This document shows, piece after piece, positions 39,610 through 53,590 of a stretch of 64,000 nt of DNA; position 1 is the first letter of the stretch; every line of letters starts with the position of its first letter. The notes under the pieces were generated by a model. The model worked only from the letters and a program-made list of their open reading frames with translations, was not told the origin of the DNA and ran no database searches. The position numbers and the translations under genes are program-made. The stretch covers positions 77,934,001 to 77,998,000 of the forward strand of contig OZ024746.1 of NCBI GenBank assembly GCA_964016885.1. Direction: 5' to 3'. This DNA is from Eledone cirrhosa. Lineage: Eukaryota.

Positions 39610-41273
39610 CAAATTTCTTTTGAGGAGTGTTGTTAATATTGTTTCTGTTGCTGTTGTTATTGCTCCATTGACAAATTAACAATAAATCTTCAGAAATGTT
39701 TGTCTTTGTCTTCATTAATAATAACAGTAATAATAACAATGATTTTATGTGCGTGTGTGTATATATATATATATATATGTGTGTGCGTGTGTGTATATAT
39801 ATATATATGTGTGTGTGTGGATGGGGGGGAGGAAGGTATTATACACACATTTGTGTATCAGTATATGTAAACATATATATATATATATACACTCGCGCAC
39901 ACATATATAAGCGTGCGCACGCGCACACATATATATGCATATATATATATGTATATACACATACATACACATACATATATGTGTGTGCATGTATATATGT
40001 GTGTGAGTGTAAATTCTATTTCCTTGCTTGTTTGGTTCAAATATATTTTTTATCCTCTCCCCCCTACACCTCTCTCTCCCCCCCTCTCTCCCCCTCCCTC
40101 TCTCTCTCTACTCACTCTCCATCCTCACTTCACTCATTATTCTGATTCCCCATCAATTCCTTCACTCCAGGCATCCTTACCTTTCACATTTTGTTTTTAT
40201 TCCAGTGTCTGCTGCTTCTATTGATTTCATCTTGACATTTTATTATTCATCAAGATTCTTTTTAACATTGGCATGCCCCCACTACCATCTCCTCTCCACC
40301 CCTGCCTTACTCCTTCCCTGCCACATTCACTTTTTCTCTACCACCACCACCACCATCATCATCATCACCATCATCATCATCATTATCATCACCACTACCA
40401 CCATCACCTTCACCACTGCTACAACCACCACCACCACCACCACCACCACCATCATCATCAATCCGCTCCACACCAATCCACCATTCCAGCATCACCACCG
40501 CCGCCATCCCTACCAACGCCGCCATCTCTGCCACCACCATCACCACCATTATCATCATCTCCATCACTACAACCACCACCATCACCTTCACCACCACCAT
40601 CACAACTACAATCACCATCGTCGTCATCATCATCACCCCCCGCCACACCAATCAACCATTCCCCCGCCATCAGCACCACCAACTACAACAACACCATTAT
40701 CATTACCAACACTACTCCAATCAACCATTCGACCAACTAACTATCCAGCCAACCATTTCTCCCCCAACACACTACACCGTCCTCTCCCACCATTCCGCTC
40801 TAATCTAATGTTTATATCTTTTTCTACTTAAATGTTTCCTGCCTCAGAAAAAATGCTTTTTTTTTTTCTTTATTATCATTATTATTATTATCATTATTAT
40901 TATTATCATTATTATTATTATCATTATTATTATTATTATCATTATTATTATTATTATTGTTGTTGTTGTTATCATTATTATCGTTATTATCATTATGATG
41001 CACATTTTTCTTTATCTTTATATTTTTGTAAATTATTATTATCATTATTATTATCATCATCATTAGTATTGCTATCATCATCATCATCATCATCATTATT
41101 ATTGTTGTTATTATTAGTGTAGTGGTAGTGGTTTTTGTTGTTGTTGTTGTTGTTGTTGCCATTGTATGTATGGTTTTTAAATGTTATCTTAATAGATTGC
41201 TATCTGTGGTGGTTGTGTGCTTCTCGGCAAAACATGCGCTGCATAGGTGTGTTACAACAACCCACACAGACAG

Positions 41274-41307
<34 letters not shown>

Positions 41308-41340
41308 GAATGTGCATGTGTGTATGTATATATGTGTATA

Positions 41341-41380
<40 letters not shown>

Positions 41381-41495
41381 GTTGTTATATACTAAGGTGT
41401 ATTATTGGTTGTGTCAAACGGTCCAATAAAAATTTTGATATATATATATATATATGTATATATCTATATGTATATATGTGTATATATATGTATAT

Positions 41496-41727
41496 TTCAT
41501 TTTCATTTCATTTCATTTTACGTCCGCTTTTCCCTGCTTGCAAGGGTGGGACAGGAACTGATTCTGGCTTGATTTCTACAGCTGGATGCCCTTCCTAATA
41601 CCAACCTCATTTACAGTGAGTGCTGGGTGCTTTTTTGCCGTGGCACCTCCACGACCACTTTGCAATGGAATGATAGGGACTGGGGTCCCTATCATCTTAT
41701 TTCTACAGCTGAGTAAACAGGAGCAAT
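41496..41727 (-). mobile_element. 5'-truncated CORE-like SINE
   Basis: Matches 13855-14070 and stops at a (TA)n tract. Confidence 0.75.
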
Positions 41728-41739
41728 ATATATATATAT

Positions 41740-41758
41740 ATGGCTAGCTTGGTCACCT

Positions 41759-41850
<92 letters not shown>

Positions 41851-41875
41851 TACATAAGGTGACCAAGCTAGCCAT
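41740..41875. repeat. Perfect ~25-bp inverted repeat around a (TA)n(CA)n tract
   Basis: atggctagcttggtcaccttatgta pairs with tacataaggtgaccaagctagccat. Confidence 0.92.
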
Positions 41876-41937
41876 GTTCAGGAATTAAAATTATGTACTG
41901 CTTCTTTTCTCTCTGAATTTTTTTCAGCCTTTCAAAC

Positions 41938-42260
41938 ATGATCATCACTATCACTATCACTATCATCATCATCACTATCACTATCACCACTATCACTATC
42001 ATCACTATCACTATCATCATCACCACTATCACTATCATCATCACCACTATCACTATCATCACTATCACTATCATCATCACCACTATCACTATCATCACTA
42101 TCAATATCATCATCGTCTTCTTCATCATCGTCATCATCACTATCAATATCATCATCACTATCATCGTCATCATCACTATCACCATGATGATCATCAATAC
42201 CATCATCATCATCATCATTATCACTATCAAGATCATCATTGTCATCATCACCATTGCCAG
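41938..42260. repeat. (ATC/ACT) compound microsatellite
   Basis: Direct reading. Confidence 0.9.
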
Positions 42261-42371
42261 CAGTGGTATCATAATAATTGATGTCATTGTCAGAGACATA
42301 AACACCATCATCATCATTGCCAACAGCACCTATCATCTACAATGCCATCACAACTAGTACTGCCACCATTA

Positions 42372-44552
42372 GCACCACTACAACCTACACCATTATAACA
42401 CCACTAATACAACAAACACCACAACCACTACAACCTACACCATTATAACACAACCACTACAACCTACACCATTATAACACAACCACTACAACCTACACCA
42501 TTATAACACCACCACTACAACAAACACCACAACCACTACAACCTACACCATTATAACACCACCACTACAACAAACACCACAACCACTACAACCTACACCA
42601 TTATAACACAACCACTACAACCTACACCATTATAACACAACCACTACAACCTACACCATTATAACACCACCACTACAACAAACACCACAACCACTACAAC
42701 CAACACCACAACCACACACCCACACCAAACACCACAACCACACCAACCACACCACACACCACCACCACAACACCACCACACCACCACACCACACCACAAC
42801 ACACCACCAACACAACCACCACACCACACCACAACCACCTACACCATATAACACAACCACTACAACCTACACCATTATAACACAACCACTACAACCAACA
42901 CCATTATAACACCACCACTACAACAAAACCACAACCACTACAACCAACACCATTATAACACCACCAATACAACAAACACCACAACCACTACAACCAACAC
43001 CATTATAACACTACCAACACAACTACTACAACCAACACCACTATAACACAACCACTACAACAAACACCACAACCACTACAACCAACACCACTATAACACA
43101 ACCACTACAACAAACACCACAACCACTACAACCAACACCATTATAACACTACCAACACAACTACTACAACCTACACCACTATAACACCACCACTACAACA
43201 AACACCACAACCACTACAACTATAACACCACCACTACAACAAACACCACAACCACTACAACCAACACCACTATAACACCACCACTACAACAAACACCACA
43301 ACCACTACAACCTACACCATTATAACACCACCACTACAACAAACACCACAACCACTACAACCAACACCATTATAACACTACCAACACAACTACTACAACC
43401 TACACCACTATAACACCACCACTACAACAAACACCACAACCACTACAACCAACACCACTATAACACCACCACTACAACAAACACCACAACCACTACAACC
43501 AACACCACTATAACAAACACCACAACCACTACAACCAACACCATTATAACACCACCACTACAACAAACACCACAACCACTAGAACCAACACCATTATAAC
43601 ACCACCAATACAACAACCACTACAACCAACACCATTATAACACCACCACTACAACAAACACCACAACCACTAGAACCAACATCATTATAACACCACCAAT
43701 ACAACAACCACTACAACCAACACCATTATAACACCACCACTACAACAAACACCACAACCACTAGAACCAACACCATTATAACACCACCAATACAACAACC
43801 ACTACAACCAACACCATTATAACACCACCACTACAACAAACACCACAACCACTAGAACCAACACCATTATAACACCACCAATACAACAACCACTACAACC
43901 AACACCATTATAACACCACCAATACAACAAACACCACAACCACTACAACCAACACCATTATACCACAACCACTACAACAAACACCACAACCACTACAACC
44001 TACACCACTATAACACCACCACTACAACAAACACCACAACCACTACAACCAACACCACTATAACACCACCAATACAACAAACACCACAACCACTACAACC
44101 AACACCATTATAACACCACCACTACAACAAACACCACAACCACTACAACCTACACCACTATAACACCACCAATACAACAAACACCACAACCACTACAACC
44201 AACACCATTATAACACCACCAATACAACAAACACCACAACCACTACAACCAACACCATTATAACACCACCACTACAACAAACACCACAACCACTACAATT
44301 ATAACACCACCAATACAACAAACACCACAACCACTACAACCAACACCACTATAACACCACCAATACAACAAACACCACAACCACTACAACCAACACCATT
44401 ATAACACCACCACTACAACAAACACCACAACCACTACAACCAACACCACTATAACACAACCACTACAACCAACACCACTACCAACACTACCAACACAACA
44501 ACCACTACAACCACTACCAACACTACCACCACAACAACCACTACAACCACAA
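42372..44552. repeat. 2.2-kb C/A-rich modular minisatellite
   Basis: Modules acaaccactacaacc, aacaccattataacacc and acaacaaacacc are shuffled in tandem. Confidence 0.95.
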
Positions 44553-44668
44553 TACTTTATATTCATATTTCTATGTTTTTCCCTCTTTGTACATTCTGTT
44601 TCTTTATAACTTGTATCATATATTTATTTATCTGGTGTCTTCCTCTTTCTCATTTCTACATGTCTACC

Positions 44669-44741
<73 letters not shown>

Positions 44742-44830
44742 ATGCGTGTGTGCGCGTAATTATGCTGGTGTTATTGTTTGTACTAGCTTACATTATTTCA
44801 GGTATTTAGATTCATATATATATATATATA

Positions 44831-44913
<83 letters not shown>

Positions 44914-45371
44914 ATGTATGTGCATATATATATATATGTGTGTGTATGTATGTGCATATATATATGTGTGTGTGTATGTGCATATATATATATATGTGTG
45001 TGTATGTATGTGCATATATATATATGTGTATGTGTATATGTGCATATATATATCATCATCATTGAATGATGATATATATATATATATGTGTGTGTGTGTG
45101 TTCATACATATTTAAATAAAAAAAGATTTTAATGGCAGCCATTGAACCTAAATAGTTTTAAACTACTTTGGTTTTCCTCGTCAACTCTTGAGAAAGATCA
45201 AGTAGATTGGGAAATTATTGCAGAGATAACTGCAAGATGAGAATAGAAAGCTTACGTTTATGGTGTAGATTAGCTTCATGTAACATTTCTTTTGCCTCTT
45301 TTTATTTTTCTCCCTTAATAATCTGTTGTCAATTAATTTTGGTATTTAATGTTGAGAAAAAAATAAAGCAG

Positions 45372-45412
<41 letters not shown>

Positions 45413-45560
45413 TTATATATATAGAAAGAGAGAGAGATAGAGAGATGCTCTGTATGTGTTTGTGTATGCATGGTTGTGTGTTTATATACACACACACACA
45501 CACATATATGCATATGAATATATATATATATATATGTGTGTGTATATATATATATGTATA

Positions 45561-45625
<65 letters not shown>

Positions 45626-46106
45626 TTGATTTTTTAACTGTGCTATTTATCACTCCACTGTTTATGTGTCTGTGTTTGTCTATGTATGTGCATATGTGTC
45701 TGCCTTTGTTTTTGTATATGTTTGTATTATTAGTTAGCTTTGCCTTTCATTCTTACAGTGTCGATAAAATAAAGTACCAGTCACGCACTGGGGTTGATTT
45801 AACCGATTTTCTTCTTCCCCCAAATTACTGCCCTTGTGCCTAAATTAGAAACCATTATTATAAAGTACCAGTAATGCACTGGGTAATTGCTGGCCTTGTG
45901 CCTAACGTAGAAACAATTATTATTATTGTGTGTATATTTATATATATATATACTAACATAGTACCCATTAAGAATTACTGGATTTATATAAGAAATATTT
46001 AATTCAATAATTCCTTGATTACAACACTCTATGTAAAAATACTTGAATCCTCGATTTTTCTTGACTGTCTTCCTGTTGTCACTCTAACCATTCATTCTAC
46101 ATACAT

Positions 46107-46496
46107 TTAACTCTTTAGCATTTAAACCTGGCTAGAATTCTCTCACCTCTCTGTTTAAACTAGCTACAACTGGCCACTGACATTGTTGGTATTGTTCTCA
46201 AAATAAATAATATCAATTTATTTGTTTATTTGGAGTAAAGAAAGTGAGAGTGTGTGAGGGTAAGGGGATATGGGAGGGGGAATGAAAGGACAGGGGTGGA
46301 GGGTGGAAGAGGTTCATTACTAAACAATAAAAACATTTCAAATCTTAAGAAGAAAGGAAGAAGGAAGGGTGGGGTCTCTCAAAATAAATAATATCAAAAT
46401 CTCATAGATTCCATATTAAGTGAGATATGTAAGGTAAAGCCTTTACCATGAAAATACAATAGTAAATATAGAGTAATTTAAATGCTAAAGGGTTAA
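46107..46496. mobile_element. piggyBac-like MITE carrying a templated insertion
   Basis: ttaactctttagcattta...taaatgctaaagggttaa. Confidence 0.75.
46214..46380 (-). repeat. Inverted copy of 47714-47880 flanked by a 21-bp direct duplication
   Basis: 167-bp reverse-complement match with about 3 mismatches. tctcaaaataaataatatcaa occurs at 46196-46216 and 46377-46397. Confidence 0.92.
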
Positions 46497-46720
46497 ATCA
46501 CAATAATTTTCTTCCATATTTTCTTTAATCATTATCAAACATATATACACTAAATTTTGATGATTTTGCCCGACCTACCTATCTCTTTATCTATCTTCAG
46601 ACTGCCGTTGAGATTTGTCCTTTGTTGTTCTTGTTCAAAAATAGATATATTTCTAAATATACATAACTAGAAAACTATAGATTGACAGTTAAGCAGATAT
46701 ATATAAATATATATATATAT

Positions 46721-47055
46721 GAAGGTGCATGGCTTAGTGGTTAGAGCATTGAGCTTGCAATCGAAAGGTTGTGAGTTCAATTCTCAGACCGGGTGATGTG
46801 TTGTTTCCTTGAGCAAGACACTTTATTTCACATTGCTCCAGTTTACTCAGCTGTAGAAATGAGATGATAGGGACTGGGGTCGCTATCATTCCACTGTAAA
46901 GTGGACGTGTAGGTGCCACGGAAAAAAGCACCCAGCACTCACTGTAAATGAGGTTTGTGTTAGGAAGGGCATCCAGCTGTAAAAATCAAGCCAGAATCAG
47001 TTCCCGTCCCACCCTTGCAAGTAGGGAAAAGTGGACGTAAAATGATGATGATGAT
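46721..47055 (+). mobile_element. Full-length CORE-like SINE
   Basis: Same family as 31201-31541. Confidence 0.85.
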
Positions 47056-47283
47056 ATATATAGAGAGAGATAGATATAGATGTAACTAGGTAGATAAATA
47101 CATAGATGTAACTAAATAGCTAGATAAATAGATAGAAAGACAGATATGTAAATAGGTAGGTAGATAGACAACCAAAATGGCTGACTACGAACGGGGTTTT
47201 TTTCTTCCCCTTTTTCTTTATTTTCCCCCATTCCTTCTCTTCCTAACTCTTTTCTTTCTATTTATCTTCTATTTCTAACTCTA

Positions 47284-47319
47284 TCTTCTGATGAAGGACT
47301 ATTGTCCGAAACGTTAAGA
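47284..47319 (+). ncRNA. Minimal type I hammerhead ribozyme (family B)
   Basis: TCTT-CTGATGA-A-GGAC tatt GTCC-GAA-ACGT-T-AAGA. Stem I and stem II are 4 bp each, stem III is palindromic ACGU, and the triplet is GUU. Confidence 0.8.
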
Positions 47320-47528
47320 CACTTTTGCTGCTATTTCAAGCGTTAAACTAATATATTTCTTCAATGTACTGTATCGTTTACTTTGTTATTTGTTATATGC
47401 ATGTTCAATATATCTTGCTCAACTGCACACAATATTTTCCTTACTTCAGTGTGTGTATGTGTGTGTGTGTGTGTGTGTCTGTGAGAGAGAGAGAGAGGAA
47501 GGCGATGTGTCATAAGTAATTGTGTATG

Positions 47529-47594
<66 letters not shown>

Positions 47595-48153
47595 TGAGGG
47601 TGAGAGAAATTGGGTGTATGAGAGACAAGGTGGGAAAGAGAGAGATAGTGATAGTCTAGCAAGTAATTGTATGAGAGAGAGGGGGTGTGAGAGAGAGAGA
47701 GAGAGATGAGGGCGAGAGACCCCACCCTTCCTTCATCCTTTCTTCTTAAGATTTGAAATGTTTTTATTGTTTAGTAATGAACCTCTTCCACCCTCCACCT
47801 CTGTCCTTTCATTCCCCCGCCCATATCCCCTTACCCTCACACACTCTCACTTTCTTTACTCCAAATAAACAAATAAATTGCCTTATCTCTGTAAATTATT
47901 TATTATTAAAGCTTATTAAATGAAATTTTAATAAACATTTTTTTTTTATATTAATTACTTACTTATATATATTGTAATTATTTTATTTTTAATTACTTTA
48001 TATATGTAGTGTAATCACATCCCCCCCCCCCCCCCTGTTGATAAAAGGCAAAGAATAATTAAAATGCGCATAATTTATAATTTCTAATAAGTTTAATGCT
48101 GAAGCATTGTTACGTGGGATAGAGAATGAGAGATGAAACAACAAAATGGTATG

Positions 48154-48227
<74 letters not shown>

Positions 48228-48566
48228 ACATATACCTAGCCACACAGATGAGTCAAAACACATACACACACAGGCATAAACATACATACGCACACACACA
48301 AACACACATGAAAACATTCCTGGACATGCACGCACACACACATATATTTATAGTCGTGGAATTCAATTGTCCTGTTCATATGAATGTGATATATAAAGGA
48401 AACTGGAAGCTTCTGTAGGCCTTTAGAAACCCTTTTGAGATGAAAACCTTCTAATGCCTTCCTCATTTTAAAGAGATACAAAATAATAAGGGCTTTATTA
48501 GAAATTTTGTATTAAATATCTTAATTGAAATAGAGAAAAATATCAACCATAACATACTGTGTGCGT

Positions 48567-48666
<100 letters not shown>

Positions 48667-48805
48667 GTAACTCAGAGGCAGGCGAGCAATGTGGCAGCAT
48701 GCTACTACGCCCTTCTCTGGGTTAAAAAGATAACACACACCTTTTTTTTGCTTGTTTCCTTAAAGTTTACCATCATTCCGTTGGTATACATCTATTACAC
48801 GATTT

Positions 48806-48863
48806 ACACCTGATGAGGTCACCAGGTTCTTACGCAACCTGGCCACTGAAATGTGTACAGTGT
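48806..48863 (+). ncRNA. Family A hammerhead with mutated stem III
   Basis: ACAC-CTGATGA-GGTCA CCAGGTT cttacgc AACCTGG CCACT-GAA-ATGTGTAC-A-GTGT. U16.1 appears as C. Confidence 0.7.
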
Positions 48864-48940
48864 TTACAGTAATAAAAAATTAAGGAATTTCAACATATTT
48901 GGCCTCCTGCCATTTCACTTTATTATATATATATATATAT

Positions 48941-49145
48941 ATGGTGGCTGCCAACTCGTTTTCGAGTACGGCCACTACTTTATATCCATGTAGGAGAACC
49001 CCTACTGATGCGCTAAACGAGTGTGACTTTTTAGTCCAGCCTGCGACTTGAAAACTCTGGTACAAACACTACACCTGTGACAATTATTGACACATAGTGC
49101 TAGGCCCATAGTACCATGTGACTACAAGTGCAGAGAGATCTCCAG
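48941..49145 (-). mobile_element. Third copy of the RTE-type 3' fragment
   Basis: Colinear with 891-1095, with the same two end points. Confidence 0.75.
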
Positions 49146-49565
49146 ATATAAAGCAATGCCTGTGCCATGAAGCTTTTATAGTGAGCAAAGGCACTGCACA
49201 AAGCCAGTCCCACTCTCTTAACCAAGATGATATTTACCAAAAAGAAGAACAAGTCAACATCATTGGATACCATCAGGGTTACAGGTGTTATATCAGAGTT
49301 TTCCTTCTCCTAGAATTCTGCCCTGACAAAGGCTAAGGGGTCATCTCTCCCGGTGATTTTGGATGGCCATTGACTCTTAAGAGCTCCTTTGCCCTTTGAC
49401 AGGTTTTGTTTTTAGTCCTGCAGGATGTCCAAAGTCACCCTCCTCACCAAGAAACCTTGGTGGGATTGCCAGTTTAGTCGCCAACGACCCGACCATGAGA
49501 CAGGTTGTACTGGGATACATGTTACCAGTAGCACCAACTGGTGACCTGACCATATATATATATAT

Positions 49566-49609
<44 letters not shown>

Positions 49610-49627
49610 GTATGTGTGTGTGTGTGT

Positions 49628-49947
49628 GTGTGGTTAGAGAATTGGATTCGCAATCGTGAGGTTGTGAGTTCAATTCCCGGACCGGGCGATGTGTTATGTC
49701 CTTGAGCAAGACACTTTATTTCACGTTGCTCCTTCTACCTGGAGGTGCGACCAATAAGATAGTATTAGCAATTGGAAAGACCAATGGAAACATGGACAGA
49801 CTAGAAGAGGAAGACCAAGGTTAACATATGTTGATGCCCTAAGGACAGACACTGGTCTGTTGGAGATGCAGGATATGGCAGCGATAATGAGGGACAGAGA
49901 CCGCTGGAGAGAACTCGTCCATGGATCTCGGGAATTTTACCCGCCTT

Positions 49948-49950
<3 letters not shown>
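49628..49950 (+). mobile_element. SINE (9107 subfamily) joined to an RTE ORF 3' end
   Basis: Follows the 9107 copy up to ggaaacat, then reads HGQTRRGRPRLTYVDALRTDTG...MRDRDRWRELV and ends at (TA)n. Confidence 0.7.
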
Positions 49951-49993
<43 letters not shown>

Positions 49994-50179
49994 AATTAGC
50001 GAGAATCGTTTTCAGCTCAGGAATTAACGAAAATCAACGTCCAATATATATATATATATATATATGTGTGTGTATGTGTATATACACTCTTCTACATGTT
50101 TCATCCGACTGACTAAGGCCTTCCTTGGTGGGCCATTGATGTAAAAGGGAGTTTGTTGCTGCTACCCTTATTTGCACTT

Positions 50180-50518
50180 CACTTCATGCTGTGGGTTCAT
50201 CTGGGATCTTGGTTAGCAAAATGCTGAGATGTTTCTTGAAAACATCTACATACAGACCATGTAGATCTCTCAGATGATCAAACAGCTGCCGACCTTTGAA
50301 CCACAGGCTATTGCAATAACTGGTCTTTATTCTAGATGTGAAGGATGGGCCCTTTGGCACAACACAGTGGCATCCTGTTCATGGGTTGGTCAAGCTTTCA
50401 GTGCCAAAGTTTGGTGCTAGCCCTTCTAGGATTTCTCATATATATATCAATGCATATATCTCTTGTCTTTTGCTCCAGGGAGTAGAGCTTTAGTTCTCTC
50501 AGTCTCTCCCAGTAGCTT
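50180..50518 (-). mobile_element. Decayed CR1-group LINE ORF2 C-terminus
   Basis: Minus strand reads SYWERLRELKLYSLE...ILEGLAPNFG...VFKKHLSILLTKIPDEP, with a frameshift and stops. Confidence 0.75.
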
Positions 50519-50539
50519 ATCTCCTTCATTAAAGTGTGT

Positions 50540-50791
50540 ATCATCATCATTTTATGTCCGCTTTTCCCTGCTTGGGATGGGAACTGATTCTGGCTTGGTT
50601 TCTACAGCTGGATGCCCTTCCTAACACCAACCTCGTTTTCAGTGAGTGCTGGGTACTTTTTTGCCGTGGCACCGCCACAACCACTTTGCAGTGGAATGAT
50701 AGGGACGCCAGTCCCTATCATCTCATTTCTACAGCTGAGTAAACTGGAGCAATGTGAAATACCCGGTCTGAGAATTAAACTCACAACCTTT
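50540..50791 (-). mobile_element. CORE-like SINE with internal deletions
   Basis: Matches the 13838-14184 family. Confidence 0.75.
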
Positions 50792-51653
50792 CTCAATCAT
50801 ATTGTTACAATAAAAAGTTTACTTCCCAGTCATAAAATCCTGGATGTTCTAACCCTACATTTATCCTTGAAAGTAGTTATTTCTCCAAAGTTACTCATAC
50901 ATTTAATCCTGTATGTCATTTGTACTTTTATCGTGAACATTTATGTAATCATATCTTAGAACTAAATTATTCAAATATCATTCATATCTTTAATCACATG
51001 CATGTGTCAGTAATCAGCCTAAACTATAAAGTTCCTCTTATGCAAAGGTAGTAGATTGGCAAAATTGTTTGAGTATTTGGTTACATGCTGTTTGGTATCT
51101 GTTCCAGCTTTGTGTGTGCATCGAGAGTTTAAATCCGCCATGCTGTTGTCAACAGAGACGACGACTATATAAGAAAGTTGCTAGCTGTAATTAAAACACC
51201 CAAGAAATCTCCTATAAGATGCCACATTAGAGACTGGCTAAACCTGTGCAGCGTTGAGCCATAACAACAAGAACTATGATAAACTTTCTTGTGAGAAGAA
51301 ATAAAGATAAACAGAGGGATGTGGAGGAAGAGGGAAGTGGAGAAATTAAGCTACTATTTATCGTATTCTTCAAGTTATTATTGTCAGTGTTGTTGCCTTT
51401 GCGTATAATAACATTTCGGTTAAGAAAAGGTTTTAAATAAAGCCTTCTTATAAATGTTGAAGACGAAATGAAAGCAGTAACGTTTTCCATAATTCATGAC
51501 AAAGCTCTTCCTTTCTTTTGCGATTTAAAATGCCCTGCAGATTGCATAATAATTTCATTGGAAATATGTCCATTTGGGCTTCATGTGAATAACATTCTGG
51601 AATTGTCTGTTAGAGAGGTATTCAGGGAAAGAAAGAAACACAACATGCAGCAC

Positions 51654-51709
<56 letters not shown>

Positions 51710-51898
51710 ACATACATAGATACATACATACACACACATATATATATATATATGCACACATATATACACATGAAATATTCCATATGATTGTGCATATATG
51801 GGCTGTTGTATGCAGCTCTTTTTTCTTTGTTTGTTTGTTTGGAATGAATGAATACATATATATATGTGTGTGTGTGTGTATATGTATGTATGTGTGTG

Positions 51899-51945
<47 letters not shown>

Positions 51946-51981
51946 ATACATTCGTGTATATATATATATGTATATATATAT

Positions 51982-52012
<31 letters not shown>

Positions 52013-52019
52013 GTATATA

Positions 52020-52071
<52 letters not shown>

Positions 52072-53061
52072 TATGTGTGTGTGTGCATATATTCTTGCTG
52101 TTGATTAAAAATTAAGAGTCAATTTTCTGAATGACTCGGAGATATCAAATTGGAGAAATAGTTATAATTTTGTCATTAAATCATGCTAATATGTTTTCCT
52201 AAGGCTGTGTAAATAGACTACATTGGAAGAGGAAAGAGAAGAGGGGGAGTAGAGAGGATAGTGAGGAGGAGACTGTGATGGGGGTGGGGTGTGGGTGTGT
52301 GGGGGTGGATACAAAACTAAACAACAACAACAAAAAACAACAACAAATGAACAAATAATACAAACATAAAAAAATACCCCCACATTGCACTGCCTTCAAG
52401 AAACGGCATAAAAATCAATATTCATGAATTACACAAACTGTACACATTCGACAACACCTTCTTCTTCTCCCCCTCCCCTGCCATAACACCCCCTCATTAC
52501 TCTCCATTCTACTCTTTCCTCTGTGAGAGAGAGGGTGGTGGTGGCGGTGATGGTGGTGGTGGCGATGGTGGTGGTGGCGATGGTGGTGGTGGAGCAGAAA
52601 GGAAAATTAAATGAATGCAAATCATATTTCAGTCAATATTTTTAGTTGTTGTGTGTGTATGTCTGTATGTATGTATGTGTGTGTGTGTGTGTGTGCCTGT
52701 TGACATATGTCTGTGTGTGTGCCTGTTGATATGTGTGTGTGTGTGTGTGTGTGTGTGCCTGTTATGTGTATGTGTGTGTAGACTTGTGTGTGTTGTCACG
52801 TGTGTGTGCATGTGTGAAGATGTGTGTGTGTGTGTGTTGGCATGTGTATCTGTTGATATATGTATGTGTGTATGTGTGTGTATTGATATGTGTGCCTGTT
52901 GATGTGTATGTGTGTGTGTGTTGACATGTGCATGTGGAGTCATGTGTAAACGTGTGTGTTTTGTGTGTGTTCGCTCATATCATACCATATCCTTCCAATA
53001 TTATTGTCTGCCCCTTTTTTCACAGTGTCCTTACGTAATGGAACACTTTGAGGAGAGTAAG

Positions 53062-53349
53062 CTATTACATAAACAGGGGTGGTTGACAGACATATTACAT
53101 AGCTAGGAGTGGTAGATAGACTTATTACATAACTAGGGGTGGTAGACTGACATATTACAGAACTAGGGGTGGTAGACTTACCTGTTACATAGATAGGGTG
53201 GTAGATAGACCTATTACACAGATTGGGGTGGTAGACTGACCTATTACATAACTAGGAGTGGTAGACTGACCTGTTACATAGATAGGGGTGGTAGACTGAC
53301 CTAATACATAACTAGGAGTTGTAGACTGACCTGTTACATAGATAGGAGT
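53062..53349. repeat. 30-bp minisatellite, ~9.5 diverged copies
   Basis: Unit approximately cctattacataactaggagtggtagactga. Confidence 0.9.
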
Positions 53350-53590
53350 ATTAAACCTATGGCATAAGATGAGGGTAGTAGATATATGACATAGGGTTGG
53401 TAGCCTGACTGCTCAGAGTCAACCCAGAACAGTATCAGCAAGAAATATGCAAATCCACCATCTCAGTGGCCTTTGTGCACCCCAGGCTGGGAACCATTAC
53501 TCTGTCTTGTCAGGAACATTTTGGTCAATTTTTCTTCTGGCTTTCTTTAGGAGCCTGTCATAACTGCTATTTCATCAGGAGCAGCATTAC

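Noticed and set aside
41932-42336. Asp/Ser-rich ORF reminiscent of acidic biomineralisation proteins
   Set aside because: A GAT/AGT microsatellite open in several frames, with no signal peptide or synonymous codon variety.
50088-50130. Hammerhead-like relic (ccaagga-a-ggcc..ggat-gaaacatgta) downstream of the CR1-like fragment
   Set aside because: Both core and stem II are mutated, so it is too degenerate to call.
51227-51640. Possible exon or Penelope endonuclease remnant in unique sequence
   Set aside because: No recognisable motif in the frames I read, and frequent stops.
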